From positions 2,385 through 66,384 of IMG/VR virus record IMGVR_UViG_3300025120_010645: 64,000 nucleotides of DNA; one strand, 5' to 3'. Position 1 is the first letter of the stretch. Each line of letters opens with the position of its first letter. Below are positions 55,985 to 64,000 of this stretch, piece after piece. The translations under genes were made by a program, and so were the position numbers. The notes beneath the pieces were generated by a model that saw only the letters and a program-made list of their open reading frames with translations, did no database searches and had not been told where the DNA came from. Source of the stretch: a virus.

Positions 55985-57316
55985 TTATTTTTTATCGACT
56001 CTCTTAATTAAGTCCATAATTCTAGAAGTTTCAGTATCAACATAAACAGTACTTTCGTTTAATTGTTTAGATGTACCAGAATTAACTTCCTTTTCAATCT
56101 TATTATTGATTGACTCGTTCATTGGTTTTCTTGAACCTAATTCACTAGCAATCGCTTTATAAAGTTTTTTCGATTCCTTAAGAGTTGAAACTTCATTATC
56201 AAATCTTTTAAAGATTCCTTCTTTTTCAGTCTTAGTTGTCGAGTGTTCCATAAATAACTTAGTTACATAAGTTAAGTTTGAGTTAAAAACCACAGTTTCT
56301 GCTAACATTGTTCTAAATTGTTTAAGAGCTTGTTTGTATTCACCATTCTTACCCTTTAATTCTTTAGCTTCAGTTAACAAAGCATTATATTTTTTAGTTG
56401 TTTCAGATACAGGTGCCGTTACATTTGGAGCTTTAACGTTGTTAGCTTTTCCACCAGCACCTTTGATATCAGTTAATGTATTAGCTACAGTACGTCCTTT
56501 TCCAACTTGTATTTTTTCTTCGATTGGCTCTTCACCTTCTTCACAAGTTTCCTTTTCAGAGATTTCTTCCTCAGTAAGTTTTTCCTCATCATCAGAATCT
56601 TCTTCTTCAGTAAGTTTTTCCTCATCATCACAATCTTCTTCCTCAGTAAGTTTTTCCTCACCTTCTTCACAGTACTCGTCTTCGTCTAAGTCAATTTCGT
56701 ACATAACTTCATCCATAACTTCGTCTTCGATTTCTGAATCAATTTCTATATCTTCTACAGAACCCTCATCGTCCATCTTAATAACAAATTCACCAGGCTC
56801 GCTAACGTTTAATTTAACTTCACCAGCTTCATCATCAACCACAACTTCGATTTCATCATCACCAGTTAACTTTTTGTAAACCGCAATAACGTCATCATCT
56901 GATGCCGTTGTCATATCCATCTCTATCTCATCATCTGATGCTACTGCATCCATTCCAGTTTCGTAGTCACCTTCAAGGTCACCACCTACGTCTGAGTTAT
57001 CGATGTCACCAACTTCGATTTCGTCTTCTTCTTCACCAGCCTCTATCTCTTCTTCTTCACCAGCTTCGTCATCACCCTCGATATCATCAAGTTCGATTTC
57101 TTCACCAGCGTCATCAGAAGCATCAGCTACTTCAGTTTCATCTTCATCAACATCTTCTTCCATGTAATCTTCTTCTATAGATTCTTTCACTAAACTTTCA
57201 ATTTCTTCTTTCGCTACCGAACGAAGTATTTCTTTTGTGTTGGCATTAAGAGCTTCTTGTATTCTTTTTGCGTCCAAGATAGCTTCTTCTAAAATTGATT
57301 TCTTTTTATCAGCCAT
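55985..57316 (-). CDS. Acidic prohead core / scaffold protein (T4 gp22-like position)
   Basis: Very Glu/Asp-rich, coiled-coil C-terminus, between protease and capsid genes; start set to ATG 57316 (MADKKKS); late motif at 57371..57378. Confidence 0.75.
   Translation of the reverse strand: MADKKKSILEEAILDAKRIQEALNANTKEILRSVAKEEIESLVKESIEEDYMEEDVDEDETEVADASDDAGEEIELDDIEGDDEAGEEEEIEAGEEEDEIEVGDIDNSDVGGDLEGDYETGMDAVASDDEIEMDMTTASDDDVIAVYKKLTGDDEIEVVVDDEAGEVKLNVSEPGEFVIKMDDEGSVEDIEIDSEIEDEVMDEVMYEIDLDEDEYCEEGEEKLTEEEDCDDEEKLTEEEDSDDEEKLTEEEISEKETCEEGEEPIEEKIQVGKGRTVANTLTDIKGAGGKANNVKAPNVTAPVSETTKKYNALLTEAKELKGKNGEYKQALKQFRTMLAETVVFNSNLTYVTKLFMEHSTTKTEKEGIFKRFDNEVSTLKESKKLYKAIASELGSRKPMNESINNKIEKEVNSGTSKQLNESTVYVDTETSRIMDLIKRVDKK
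56565..56660. repeat. Three 36-bp-period repeats encoding EEKLTEEE
   Basis: tcttcYtcagtaagtttttcctca at 56565, 56601 and 56637. Confidence 0.9.
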
Positions 57317-57417
57317 TTTTTTTAATTTTTTAAAAAATTTTATAGCGAGCATATGTATACCCACTTGTTTATAAATATGTCCTTTTTATATAAAAAGACA
57401 AGTTTTTGTATTTTTTT

Positions 57418-58116
57418 TTAATCCAATAGAAATTTATTAATTTTATCTATTAGCAAATCTTTTGATTTTTCTTTTGATTCGGTAAATGGTTTAGCTTCAG
57501 CTGCGTTCTTAAACATCCAAGAACCTGGGGTACTTGGGGACGTTACGACATCCCAACAAATTAATTCAAAGTCATCTTGAACTATGTTTTGTCCAGCAAT
57601 TTCTTTAAGAGAACCAACACCTCTAGATGACACACCAATCATAATATTATTTCTAATAAGGTTGGCAACTTCATCACCTTTAGTTGATACAATACCATAA
57701 TTAACATACCCAGGAGACATCAAAACTTCCATCTTACCCATAAGGGTTTTACCTTCCCACCAAGTCTCAGTAATATTATGTGAAATTCTATCACCAGCAA
57801 TAATAGAAGATTCTGGGTGGTCTAATTCACCAATAGCTCTTCGTTCTTTAATTAATTGTTGATAATTATTAACTTCTCTTTCTAGAATTTCTTTTGGGTA
57901 TATTCTACCATTTCTATTTTTAACTCCCCACTTTTGTAATACTACATATAATATTAATGGAGATGCGATAATTGCAGCACCTTTATCTAAACTCTTTATT
58001 TCATTAACAAATGGTTTATTTCTGGAATCATTTGGGTCAACATAACCAGCGTCACTTTCAATTAGTACACCTAACCCTTGTTGACCTGGTTTTAATATTT
58101 TTAAATCTCCTGACAT
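57418..58116 (-). CDS. gp21: Prohead protease (T4 gp21-like)
   Basis: NRNGRIYP, GELDHP, GVSSRGVGS, WDVVTSPSTPGS; late motif at 58132..58139. Confidence 0.93.
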   Translation of the reverse strand: MSGDLKILKPGQQGLGVLIESDAGYVDPNDSRNKPFVNEIKSLDKGAAIIASPLILYVVLQKWGVKNRNGRIYPKEILEREVNNYQQLIKERRAIGELDHPESSIIAGDRISHNITETWWEGKTLMGKMEVLMSPGYVNYGIVSTKGDEVANLIRNNIMIGVSSRGVGSLKEIAGQNIVQDDFELICWDVVTSPSTPGSWMFKNAAEAKPFTESKEKSKDLLIDKINKFLLD

Positions 58117-58150
58117 GATTACTATTTATTAATAAATATGAGTGAGAAAT

Positions 58151-58179
58151 AAAAAAACCCAGAAATAAATTCTGGGTTT
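58151..58179 (-). terminator. Intrinsic terminator
   Basis: AAACCCAGAA-ATAAA-TTCTGGGTTT with an A-run on + (U-run on -). Confidence 0.8.
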
Positions 58180-58204
58180 AGTAAAAAGTATGTTTTTATT
58201 TATA

Positions 58205-58648
58205 TTATTTTTTTCTTTTTTTAAATTTAAAATATTTAAATTCTTCCAATACCTCATCAATAATTACCTCGCCAATGAACTTTAACTCTTTTTGAATACT
58301 TTTTTCTTGTAACTTAAATAATTTTTTTTGAAAGATAGTTATTTCACAATTCATAAATGATTTCTTACCATAAGATATTCCAGACTCACGCATATCAAAG
58401 TCAACAATACACCTATCAATATAAAATAAATCGGGATTTAAAGAAGATTTTAATTTCATTTTAATCTTTTTAGTTACAGCTCTTAAAATTGGCCCGTAAT
58501 TTACTTCACCACTAACTATTGATTCTCCCCAAGCTGATATATTTAGATATAATGCTTTTGGGTTCTTATTGTCTACTGTACCAGATAATACTCTATAATT
58601 TTCGTGACCTTCAGAAATTAATTGTTTACCATTTTTACTTATAATCAT
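58205..58648 (-). CDS. Hypothetical protein
   Basis: 147 aa, with its own TTGACT-N16-TATACT promoter (58666..58693) and terminator. Confidence 0.75.
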   Translation of the reverse strand: MIISKNGKQLISEGHENYRVLSGTVDNKNPKALYLNISAWGESIVSGEVNYGPILRAVTKKIKMKLKSSLNPDLFYIDRCIVDFDMRESGISYGKKSFMNCEITIFQKKLFKLQEKSIQKELKFIGEVIIDEVLEEFKYFKFKKRKK

Positions 58649-58694
58649 GTATTTTAGTTTTTACAAGTATAAGTTAAAAAAATAAAAAGTCAAG

Positions 58695-59036
58695 TTAATC
58701 CTTTACTTTCAATAATGCGATAAAAACCCCGAACGCTATTTGCACAACAGCCCAAACAGTAATAGCGACTGTTCTAAAGGTATTAAGCGTTGCAACATCT
58801 TTTTTAACTTCCTTAAGTGTAGCTGGACTTGCAACATCATCCATATAACGTTTCCATTTTGTAAACCCTTCAATCTCTTTTTCTATACTATCTATCTTGG
58901 TTAACTTTTGATTTATTTCGGTAAGTATTAATTGAATTTTTTCATCATTTTCATTTAACCTTTCCAACTCATTTAAAACCAACTTAGAATATTCATTCCA
59001 TCCGTTTTGAGGAATTCCTTTACTATTCTTTTCCAT
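58695..59036 (-). CDS. Coiled-coil protein with a C-terminal transmembrane anchor
   Basis: WNEYSKLVLNELERL... coiled coil, then AITVWAVVQIAFGVFIALL. Confidence 0.75.
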   Translation of the reverse strand: MEKNSKGIPQNGWNEYSKLVLNELERLNENDEKIQLILTEINQKLTKIDSIEKEIEGFTKWKRYMDDVASPATLKEVKKDVATLNTFRTVAITVWAVVQIAFGVFIALLKVKD

Positions 59037-59040
59037 TTTG

Positions 59041-59604
59041 TTATAAATTTGTAATATCTATGTGGGTACCCACCATTCTAACAGGGTTATGATTAACGTC
59101 CCACTCTATAACGCTTCCCCTAGATAGAATTTTAACAGTATGTCCATCCTTATGTTTGTATCTTGCAATACTTTTAAACTTATACTCTCCTTTGCTATCA
59201 AAATGCTTACTTATTTCTGAGTTTAACTCATTTAAGTCATCTTCATAAACTAACTTTTTATAATGTTGAAAATCAGAATTTAACTCATTATTATCAAAAC
59301 CTAAATGTTTTATTAATTCAGGACTTGAGATAAATGATTCAAAAAATAAATCAAAATTAAATTCATTACTATCTTTGTCAACCGTATAAGTTTTAAAGTT
59401 ATCAATAGATTCATTAATATTAACTAATCTATTAATAATACTTTCATTTTTTTTATCATTTATATTCCAATCCCAATAACCGTCAGTACTATAACCTAAA
59501 GTTAGTTTTAATATCTCTAACCTCTTAAACGCCTCAGTATCTCTTATACAAAGTTGGTCAACTAATTCACGTATCTTTTTTATGTTGCTGGAACTATTAA
59601 ACAT
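59041..59604 (-). CDS. Stand-alone PAS (PAS_3/PAC) domain protein
   Basis: STDGYWDWNI...SP....LGF...LVYEDD...RYKHKDGHTVKILSRG......PVRMVGTHIDIT; ends right after the DIT motif. Confidence 0.88.
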   Translation of the reverse strand: MFNSSSNIKKIRELVDQLCIRDTEAFKRLEILKLTLGYSTDGYWDWNINDKKNESIINRLVNINESIDNFKTYTVDKDSNEFNFDLFFESFISSPELIKHLGFDNNELNSDFQHYKKLVYEDDLNELNSEISKHFDSKGEYKFKSIARYKHKDGHTVKILSRGSVIEWDVNHNPVRMVGTHIDITNL

Positions 59605-59607
59605 CCT

Positions 59608-60483
59608 TTATTTTAAACTGTCTTTTAATGTGTTTAACTTTAAAATGTCAACTTCAAAACTATTGTTATTATATTTTTTATCTAATAGGTTCTCTTTAAG
59701 GTCTAATAGACTCATTTTTAAATCTACATCAGCAATCTTTAATTTACCATTAACTAAAGATAAACACTCGTTAATTGATTTCTTAAACATTACATTCTTT
59801 TTATCCTCATCTGAACTAGTCGTTAAAATACTCTTTAACAAAGATGCTTCAGACTCACTAAGAGACTTACTATATTCTTTATTAAATCTACTGACCATTA
59901 ACTTTGATAAATCTTTACTTGATAATACAGTGTCATCTAACCCTTCAACTATTTCTTTTTTATCTTCTTTATTATTTAAAATGTAATCAACTATTTTATG
60001 ATTCGTTTCCAAAATAACACTTATCGTGTTACCCATTTTTTTAGTGTTAATTAAAGTTGATATATCTTCATGTAGTTCTTTTACTGAATCATTTACATTA
60101 TAATACCCATCTAACTTAGAAGAAGGTATATCATTTAATATATTACCAATAATCTTGTTAGTTTCTGTTATCTCTTTTTTTGAAAACTTATCCATTAAAG
60201 ATAAATTTTCTTTAACAAATTCTAAAGCCTTATCTTTATCTGACTCAATCTTTGATTCTATGTTAGAGTAAATATGGTACTGAGTTTTAAGTACTTTATT
60301 TTCTTTTAGTAAGTTAATATATTTATTAAACACACCTTTTACATCATTTGATGAACTGGGCTTACTATTTTTGTTAACCCCAACTTTCTTACCACTTGAA
60401 ATTATTTCACTTAAAAAGTTAGTATATGCTGTGTTACATTTACCAAAGTTAACAACTAACTTATTTATTTTTTCATTTTTCAT
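59608..60483 (-). CDS. Hypothetical helical head-morphogenesis protein
   Basis: 291 aa, between portal and protease; late motif at 60500..60507. Confidence 0.7.
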   Translation of the reverse strand: MKNEKINKLVVNFGKCNTAYTNFLSEIISSGKKVGVNKNSKPSSSNDVKGVFNKYINLLKENKVLKTQYHIYSNIESKIESDKDKALEFVKENLSLMDKFSKKEITETNKIIGNILNDIPSSKLDGYYNVNDSVKELHEDISTLINTKKMGNTISVILETNHKIVDYILNNKEDKKEIVEGLDDTVLSSKDLSKLMVSRFNKEYSKSLSESEASLLKSILTTSSDEDKKNVMFKKSINECLSLVNGKLKIADVDLKMSLLDLKENLLDKKYNNNSFEVDILKLNTLKDSLK

Positions 60484-60528
60484 TGTAAGTCTTTATTAAA
60501 TAAATATTGTAATTATCATTAAAAACAG

Positions 60529-62556
60529 TTATTCATTAATCATTTTATCAATTCCACCTATCATGTCATTAATAGTTTCATTAACTCTAATACTCTTATC
60601 CACAACTTTAACCCTTTCATTAATTATTTTATCACTATCTTTTTTAACTGATTTAAGTAATTTATCAAAATAATTATCTGAATGTTTTTTTATTTTTTTC
60701 TTGTGGTTAAGTTTAGTTTCAGTTAACAAATTATTTATATTTTTAAAAGACTCCTCTGTAGCTTCTGAATCACCACCTTCATCTCCTCCAAAATCTAAAC
60801 CTTCATCATCACCGCCTTCATCACCGCCTTCATCACCGCCTTCATCACCGCCGAAGTCATCACCGCCTTCATCACTGCCGAAGTCTAAACCGCCACCGCC
60901 GAAGCCGCCGCCACCGCCGCCACCACCGCCGAAGTCATCACCACCACCTTCGTCACCGCCACCGTCATCGTCAGAAGAACCACCATTTTTAGCTGCGTCT
61001 ATATCGCCGTAAAGCCTATCCACCTCGTCAAATGTTCCAGTATGTTTAATAATATTAGATGTGTTTTCCATTTCAGCTGCTGCTGCTTTCTCAAGTCGCT
61101 GTTCAAGTAAATCTTGTTTTATTTCGTCATCAGACCATTCTAATATATCTCTTTTACCTCTAGTCATAGACATAACACCAAACCCGTTACCCGCATCAGA
61201 TGTTGCATCTTTATAAAGGGTAATCTTAGATTGCATTTGTTCAATCTTAAGCATTTGAGCTTGAGTTGATGGATTATTAAGTGTTAACGTAAAGTTATCC
61301 AATTCATCTTCCAATCCTAGTAAGAATAAATGTAAGATAGCAATCTTATTTAATTCCATAATCATGGACTGCTGTATTAAATTGATAGTTCTAGTAAATC
61401 TAATGTCCTGTAAAGCTAAATTCTTACCATCACCAAAAGCATCCTCAAATCCTAAGAAGGATTTAGGTACCCTTAAGGCTGTAAATAACTTTCTTTGTAA
61501 GTATTCTATATCTGCAATCTGGTCTAAGTTACTAGCTCCAGGTAAAGTATCTATAGGGTTAGGAGCGTCTTCACTTCTAACAGGTATAAAGAAATCCTGG
61601 TCATTAGCCATTTGATTGTACTGTAAGTCAACCTGACCTGTCTTAGGGTCTGTTATAGGCGTTCTTTTAAATCTATTGGCTATTTCATCTACGTAAGACG
61701 GCACATCCTCATCATCAATATTACCTACGAAAATCTTATAAACCCTTCTCTCTGGCGCCCTAGTAACTCTATATATTAACATAGCATCTTCAGAAAGAAT
61801 TAATTGTTTCCAGATTCTTCTAGCTTTTTCTAATACAGAAGTTCCATAAGGTAACCTCCTGTCATCACCAAGTAATCTAAAATGAGCAATTTGCCAAGAA
61901 TTAAACTCGTAGTCCTTACCTCTCCATATAAATTTAACCTTAGAATCTTTTTCATCTTTAATATCAGAAGTACTCATAACCCTACCAAAAACATCACCCT
62001 CTCTTCTTTCTATTTCAAAGTTAGGTAACTGCCTAGCACCCATAATTCCAGCATTATCATCAATGTTAAGAAATACAAAATTATCACCATATTTACATGT
62101 ATTTCTGGTCCACATTGGTAATGATGTATGAATATCTAATCTATTAAAGAATAAATCTTCTAGTATTGTTTTAACCCTCTTTGAATTAGAAAATATATTT
62201 AAAACCCTACCCTTATCATTAACGGTAGTAGATTCCTCTCTCATTATATCTAACGTGGCAGCTATTTCTGGGTAATGTTCCATACTCTCAAAATCAGAGT
62301 AAGAACCTATACGAGTTGTTTCATAATGAATTGTTTTTTGAAACATCTCATTATCAACCTTTCTCCATAAACCGCTAACATATTTATTTTGCTGCGCTTG
62401 TAATTTAGCAGTCTCAAACTCTGATTTATCAGTGGTTTTAAACATTGATTCATTATCTATAGAGTATCTATTAGCTTGATTAATTGAAGACTGAACACCA
62501 GTAGGTCCAAATATATTATTTAATTTTTGGAATACTGTTAATTTTCTTTTAGCCAT
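60529..62556 (-). CDS. gp20: Portal protein (T4 gp20-like) with Gly/Asp-rich C-terminal tract
   Basis: YGTSVLE.ARRIWKQL.L.EDAMLIYRVTRAPERRVYKI.VGN, DFFIPVR, IDTLPG, DIEY...KLFTALRVP. Confidence 0.95.
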   Translation of the reverse strand: MAKRKLTVFQKLNNIFGPTGVQSSINQANRYSIDNESMFKTTDKSEFETAKLQAQQNKYVSGLWRKVDNEMFQKTIHYETTRIGSYSDFESMEHYPEIAATLDIMREESTTVNDKGRVLNIFSNSKRVKTILEDLFFNRLDIHTSLPMWTRNTCKYGDNFVFLNIDDNAGIMGARQLPNFEIERREGDVFGRVMSTSDIKDEKDSKVKFIWRGKDYEFNSWQIAHFRLLGDDRRLPYGTSVLEKARRIWKQLILSEDAMLIYRVTRAPERRVYKIFVGNIDDEDVPSYVDEIANRFKRTPITDPKTGQVDLQYNQMANDQDFFIPVRSEDAPNPIDTLPGASNLDQIADIEYLQRKLFTALRVPKSFLGFEDAFGDGKNLALQDIRFTRTINLIQQSMIMELNKIAILHLFLLGLEDELDNFTLTLNNPSTQAQMLKIEQMQSKITLYKDATSDAGNGFGVMSMTRGKRDILEWSDDEIKQDLLEQRLEKAAAAEMENTSNIIKHTGTFDEVDRLYGDIDAAKNGGSSDDDGGGDEGGGDDFGGGGGGGGGFGGGGLDFGSDEGGDDFGGDEGGDEGGDEGGDDEGLDFGGDEGGDSEATEESFKNINNLLTETKLNHKKKIKKHSDNYFDKLLKSVKKDSDKIINERVKVVDKSIRVNETINDMIGGIDKMINE
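60771..60972. repeat. GC-rich low-complexity repeat (atcaccgccttc units; GGDE/GGGG codons)
   Basis: 12-bp units in tandem around 60808..60843 and ccg/cca triplet runs, inside the portal gene. Confidence 0.85.
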
Positions 62557-62573
62557 TTTAAATTATTTTTTTT

Positions 62574-62601
62574 AATATAGTATTTTTTATAAAAAATTCA
62601 A
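62574..62601 (-). promoter_or_regulatory. Sigma70-like promoter TTGAAT-N16-TATATT
   Basis: Upstream of the portal gene. Confidence 0.45.
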
Positions 62602-62604
62602 TAG

Positions 62605-62847
62605 TTACACAACGTAATTACACTGAACATAAGCTGTTCTAATTGGCAACCCAAGAACAATAACTGTATTGAAGACATACGTTACAGCATTATCCTCACC
62701 TTGACTACCTGGAGGGGTACTACAAAAGTACCTACTACCAACATTATCATCTACTTTTTTATCTATAGAAGTATCTGGTGACCACTTGTATAATCCAGCA
62801 CCATTTCCTCCAGTTTTTCTTATAAATGTTTTTTTATTTGACGCCAT
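62605..62847 (-). CDS. Small hypothetical protein (80 aa)
   Basis: ATG 62847 (MASNKKTF...), 7 nt after the terminase stop. Confidence 0.6.
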   Translation of the reverse strand: MASNKKTFIRKTGGNGAGLYKWSPDTSIDKKVDDNVGSRYFCSTPPGSQGEDNAVTYVFNTVIVLGLPIRTAYVQCNYVV

Positions 62848-62854
62848 ATCTTTT

Positions 62855-64000
62855 TTATTTTGAACCACTTAATAACCATAAATAATCACCATTAGGGTCT
62901 TGCATATTTTTAGAAACCCCTTTTGAAAATTTTGGCTTAGGTAACGAATTTTTACCTCTCATATTTTTAGGCACAAATCCGCTATTATTGTTATTATTTT
63001 CAGAAGAACCACCAACTTGCCAACTAGACAGTATAGCTTTTGTTTTCTCCTTCATTTTATGTAATTTTTTAAATGAAAACTCTAAAACATATATTGGCAT
63101 TGCGAGTGACATTAATAAATCATCGTGATACCCCTCCATGTGGTCAGCTCTTCCATTTTTATATATAAAAGTTTTCATCTCAGAAACCATTCTTCTAGAT
63201 TTAATATTTATAGTTCTATTTCTGATAGACTCTTCAAGTCTTTGAAGCATTACTACCCTAACACCATTAGCATTAAACCCAGGTATCTTTTCATCTCTAC
63301 TATACATATCTAACTGACTCTTTTTACTATTAAGAATCCTACCTCTAGGCTCATCATAATATAAATATTTATAATCTAGTTCAATTAACTTAAGCACTGT
63401 AGAAACACCCATACCACCAGCAACATCAACTACAGTAAGAGCTTTATACATATTACCATACTCATAAACATACTCAGCAAGTATGTCTGGCTGAACTTTA
63501 CCTTGATATTCCATAACTTGAGTCATTGTAGCAACGTCAACTATAACTATCGTAGACGAATCCTTACCGTCACCCCTACTAACATCAACTCCCATTATGT
63601 ATTCATGTCCCTTCTCTGGCTTTTCCCAAATCCAAAACTCTTTTTCTCTGCCATCCACCCACTTAGGCTCTTCTACTTTATTATCTTCGTAGTGTTTTAT
63701 ATCTATATCAGCTATAACATTACCACCAGAACCTAAAAAAGAAACGTCTAATTCTTGAGCTATTTTTTTAGTGTTATTATTAAGTGTGGCACACATATTT
63801 TCATACCAACTACTCGTGGGCTTATAACCTTCTTTTATTTTTTTAGAATAATTGTCAATTATAAATTCAGTTTCTTTTATCTTTTCAAGTATATCACCCT
63901 TATCATCTTTTTTAATCCAAAAAAGGTCTTTATTGCCATACTCATCTTTAATGTACCTAGGGTCTTCATACCACCTCATCTCTATTACATTATAATTATT
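62855..64000 (-). CDS. gp17: Terminase large subunit, C-terminal part (T4 gp17-like); 5' end outside the window
   Basis: AQELDVSFLGSG, YIMGVDVSRGDG.DSST, HDDLLMS; the frame stays open from 63979 to the edge. Confidence 0.93.
   Translation of the reverse strand, partial: NNYNVIEMRWYEDPRYIKDEYGNKDLFWIKKDDKGDILEKIKETEFIIDNYSKKIKEGYKPTSSWYENMCATLNNNTKKIAQELDVSFLGSGGNVIADIDIKHYEDNKVEEPKWVDGREKEFWIWEKPEKGHEYIMGVDVSRGDGKDSSTIVIVDVATMTQVMEYQGKVQPDILAEYVYEYGNMYKALTVVDVAGGMGVSTVLKLIELDYKYLYYDEPRGRILNSKKSQLDMYSRDEKIPGFNANGVRVVMLQRLEESIRNRTINIKSRRMVSEMKTFIYKNGRADHMEGYHDDLLMSLAMPIYVLEFSFKKLHKMKEKTKAILSSWQVGGSSENNNNNSGFVPKNMRGKNSLPKPKFSKGVSKNMQDPNGDYLWLLSGSK

Noticed and set aside
56565-56660. 36-bp periodic repeats as a possible CRISPR array
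   Set aside because: The intervening 12-nt segments are too short and similar to be spacers, the repeats are in frame within a CDS, and no cas genes are present.
56334-57180. Ser-rich and His/Leu-rich plus-strand ORFs, and the Pro/Ser-rich ORF at 60701..61012
   Set aside because: Antisense translations of the Glu/Asp-rich scaffold and the Gly/Asp-rich portal tract.
21645-57364. Upstream alternative starts in the ORF track (21645, 24871, 29595, 33548, 34269, 48653, 57364)
   Set aside because: These non-ATG extensions overlap upstream genes or promoter motifs; the downstream ATGs fit operon packing better.
1-64000. Alternative genetic code (stop-codon reassignment)
   Set aside because: Core genes translate full length in the standard code with tight packing; TAG and TGA both appear as genuine stops.
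1-64000. tRNA, rRNA or large ncRNA genes
   Set aside because: Intergenic gaps are short and AT-rich; no cloverleaf or T-loop signature was noticed by eye (tRNAscan/Infernal not run).

Overview
A 64-kb, AT-rich, gene-dense piece of a large T4-like (myovirus-type) jumbo-phage genome, standard genetic code, with no tRNA, rRNA, CRISPR or integrase seen. Right end (minus strand): terminase large subunit (truncated by the window edge), portal, prohead protease, acidic scaffold and major capsid protein, with a stand-alone PAS-domain gene and a membrane-anchored partner inserted in the head module. Left part: neck proteins (gp13/gp14/gp15-like), SNF2 helicase, glutaredoxin, family-B DNA polymerase and several fibre/spike-like proteins. 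One fibre-like gene (1..2155) is missing from the ORF track because it runs off the window. Centre (about 20.3-45.6 kb): a roughly 25-kb soluble glycan-biosynthesis locus with about 15-17 glycosyltransferase-like genes, Gmd, Fcl, an Rmd-like SDR, an RfbH/ColD-type PLP dehydrase and a TylF O-methyltransferase, plus dUTPase and PhoH, followed by a gp55-like sigma factor and baseplate/spike genes. The main candidate novel system is phage-encoded virion glycosylation: the locus, a GT25 fused to a virion-fibre module, and a strongly recurring [S/T]-[G/A]-x-T motif in putative surface structural proteins that could be the acceptor sequon. Three promoter classes are visible: Bacteroidota-type ATTG-N20-TAnnTTTG, sigma70-like, and a late ATATTTAT motif. 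These, with the lack of obvious Shine-Dalgarno sites, point to a Bacteroidota host. All family calls come from motif recognition by eye; no searches were run.
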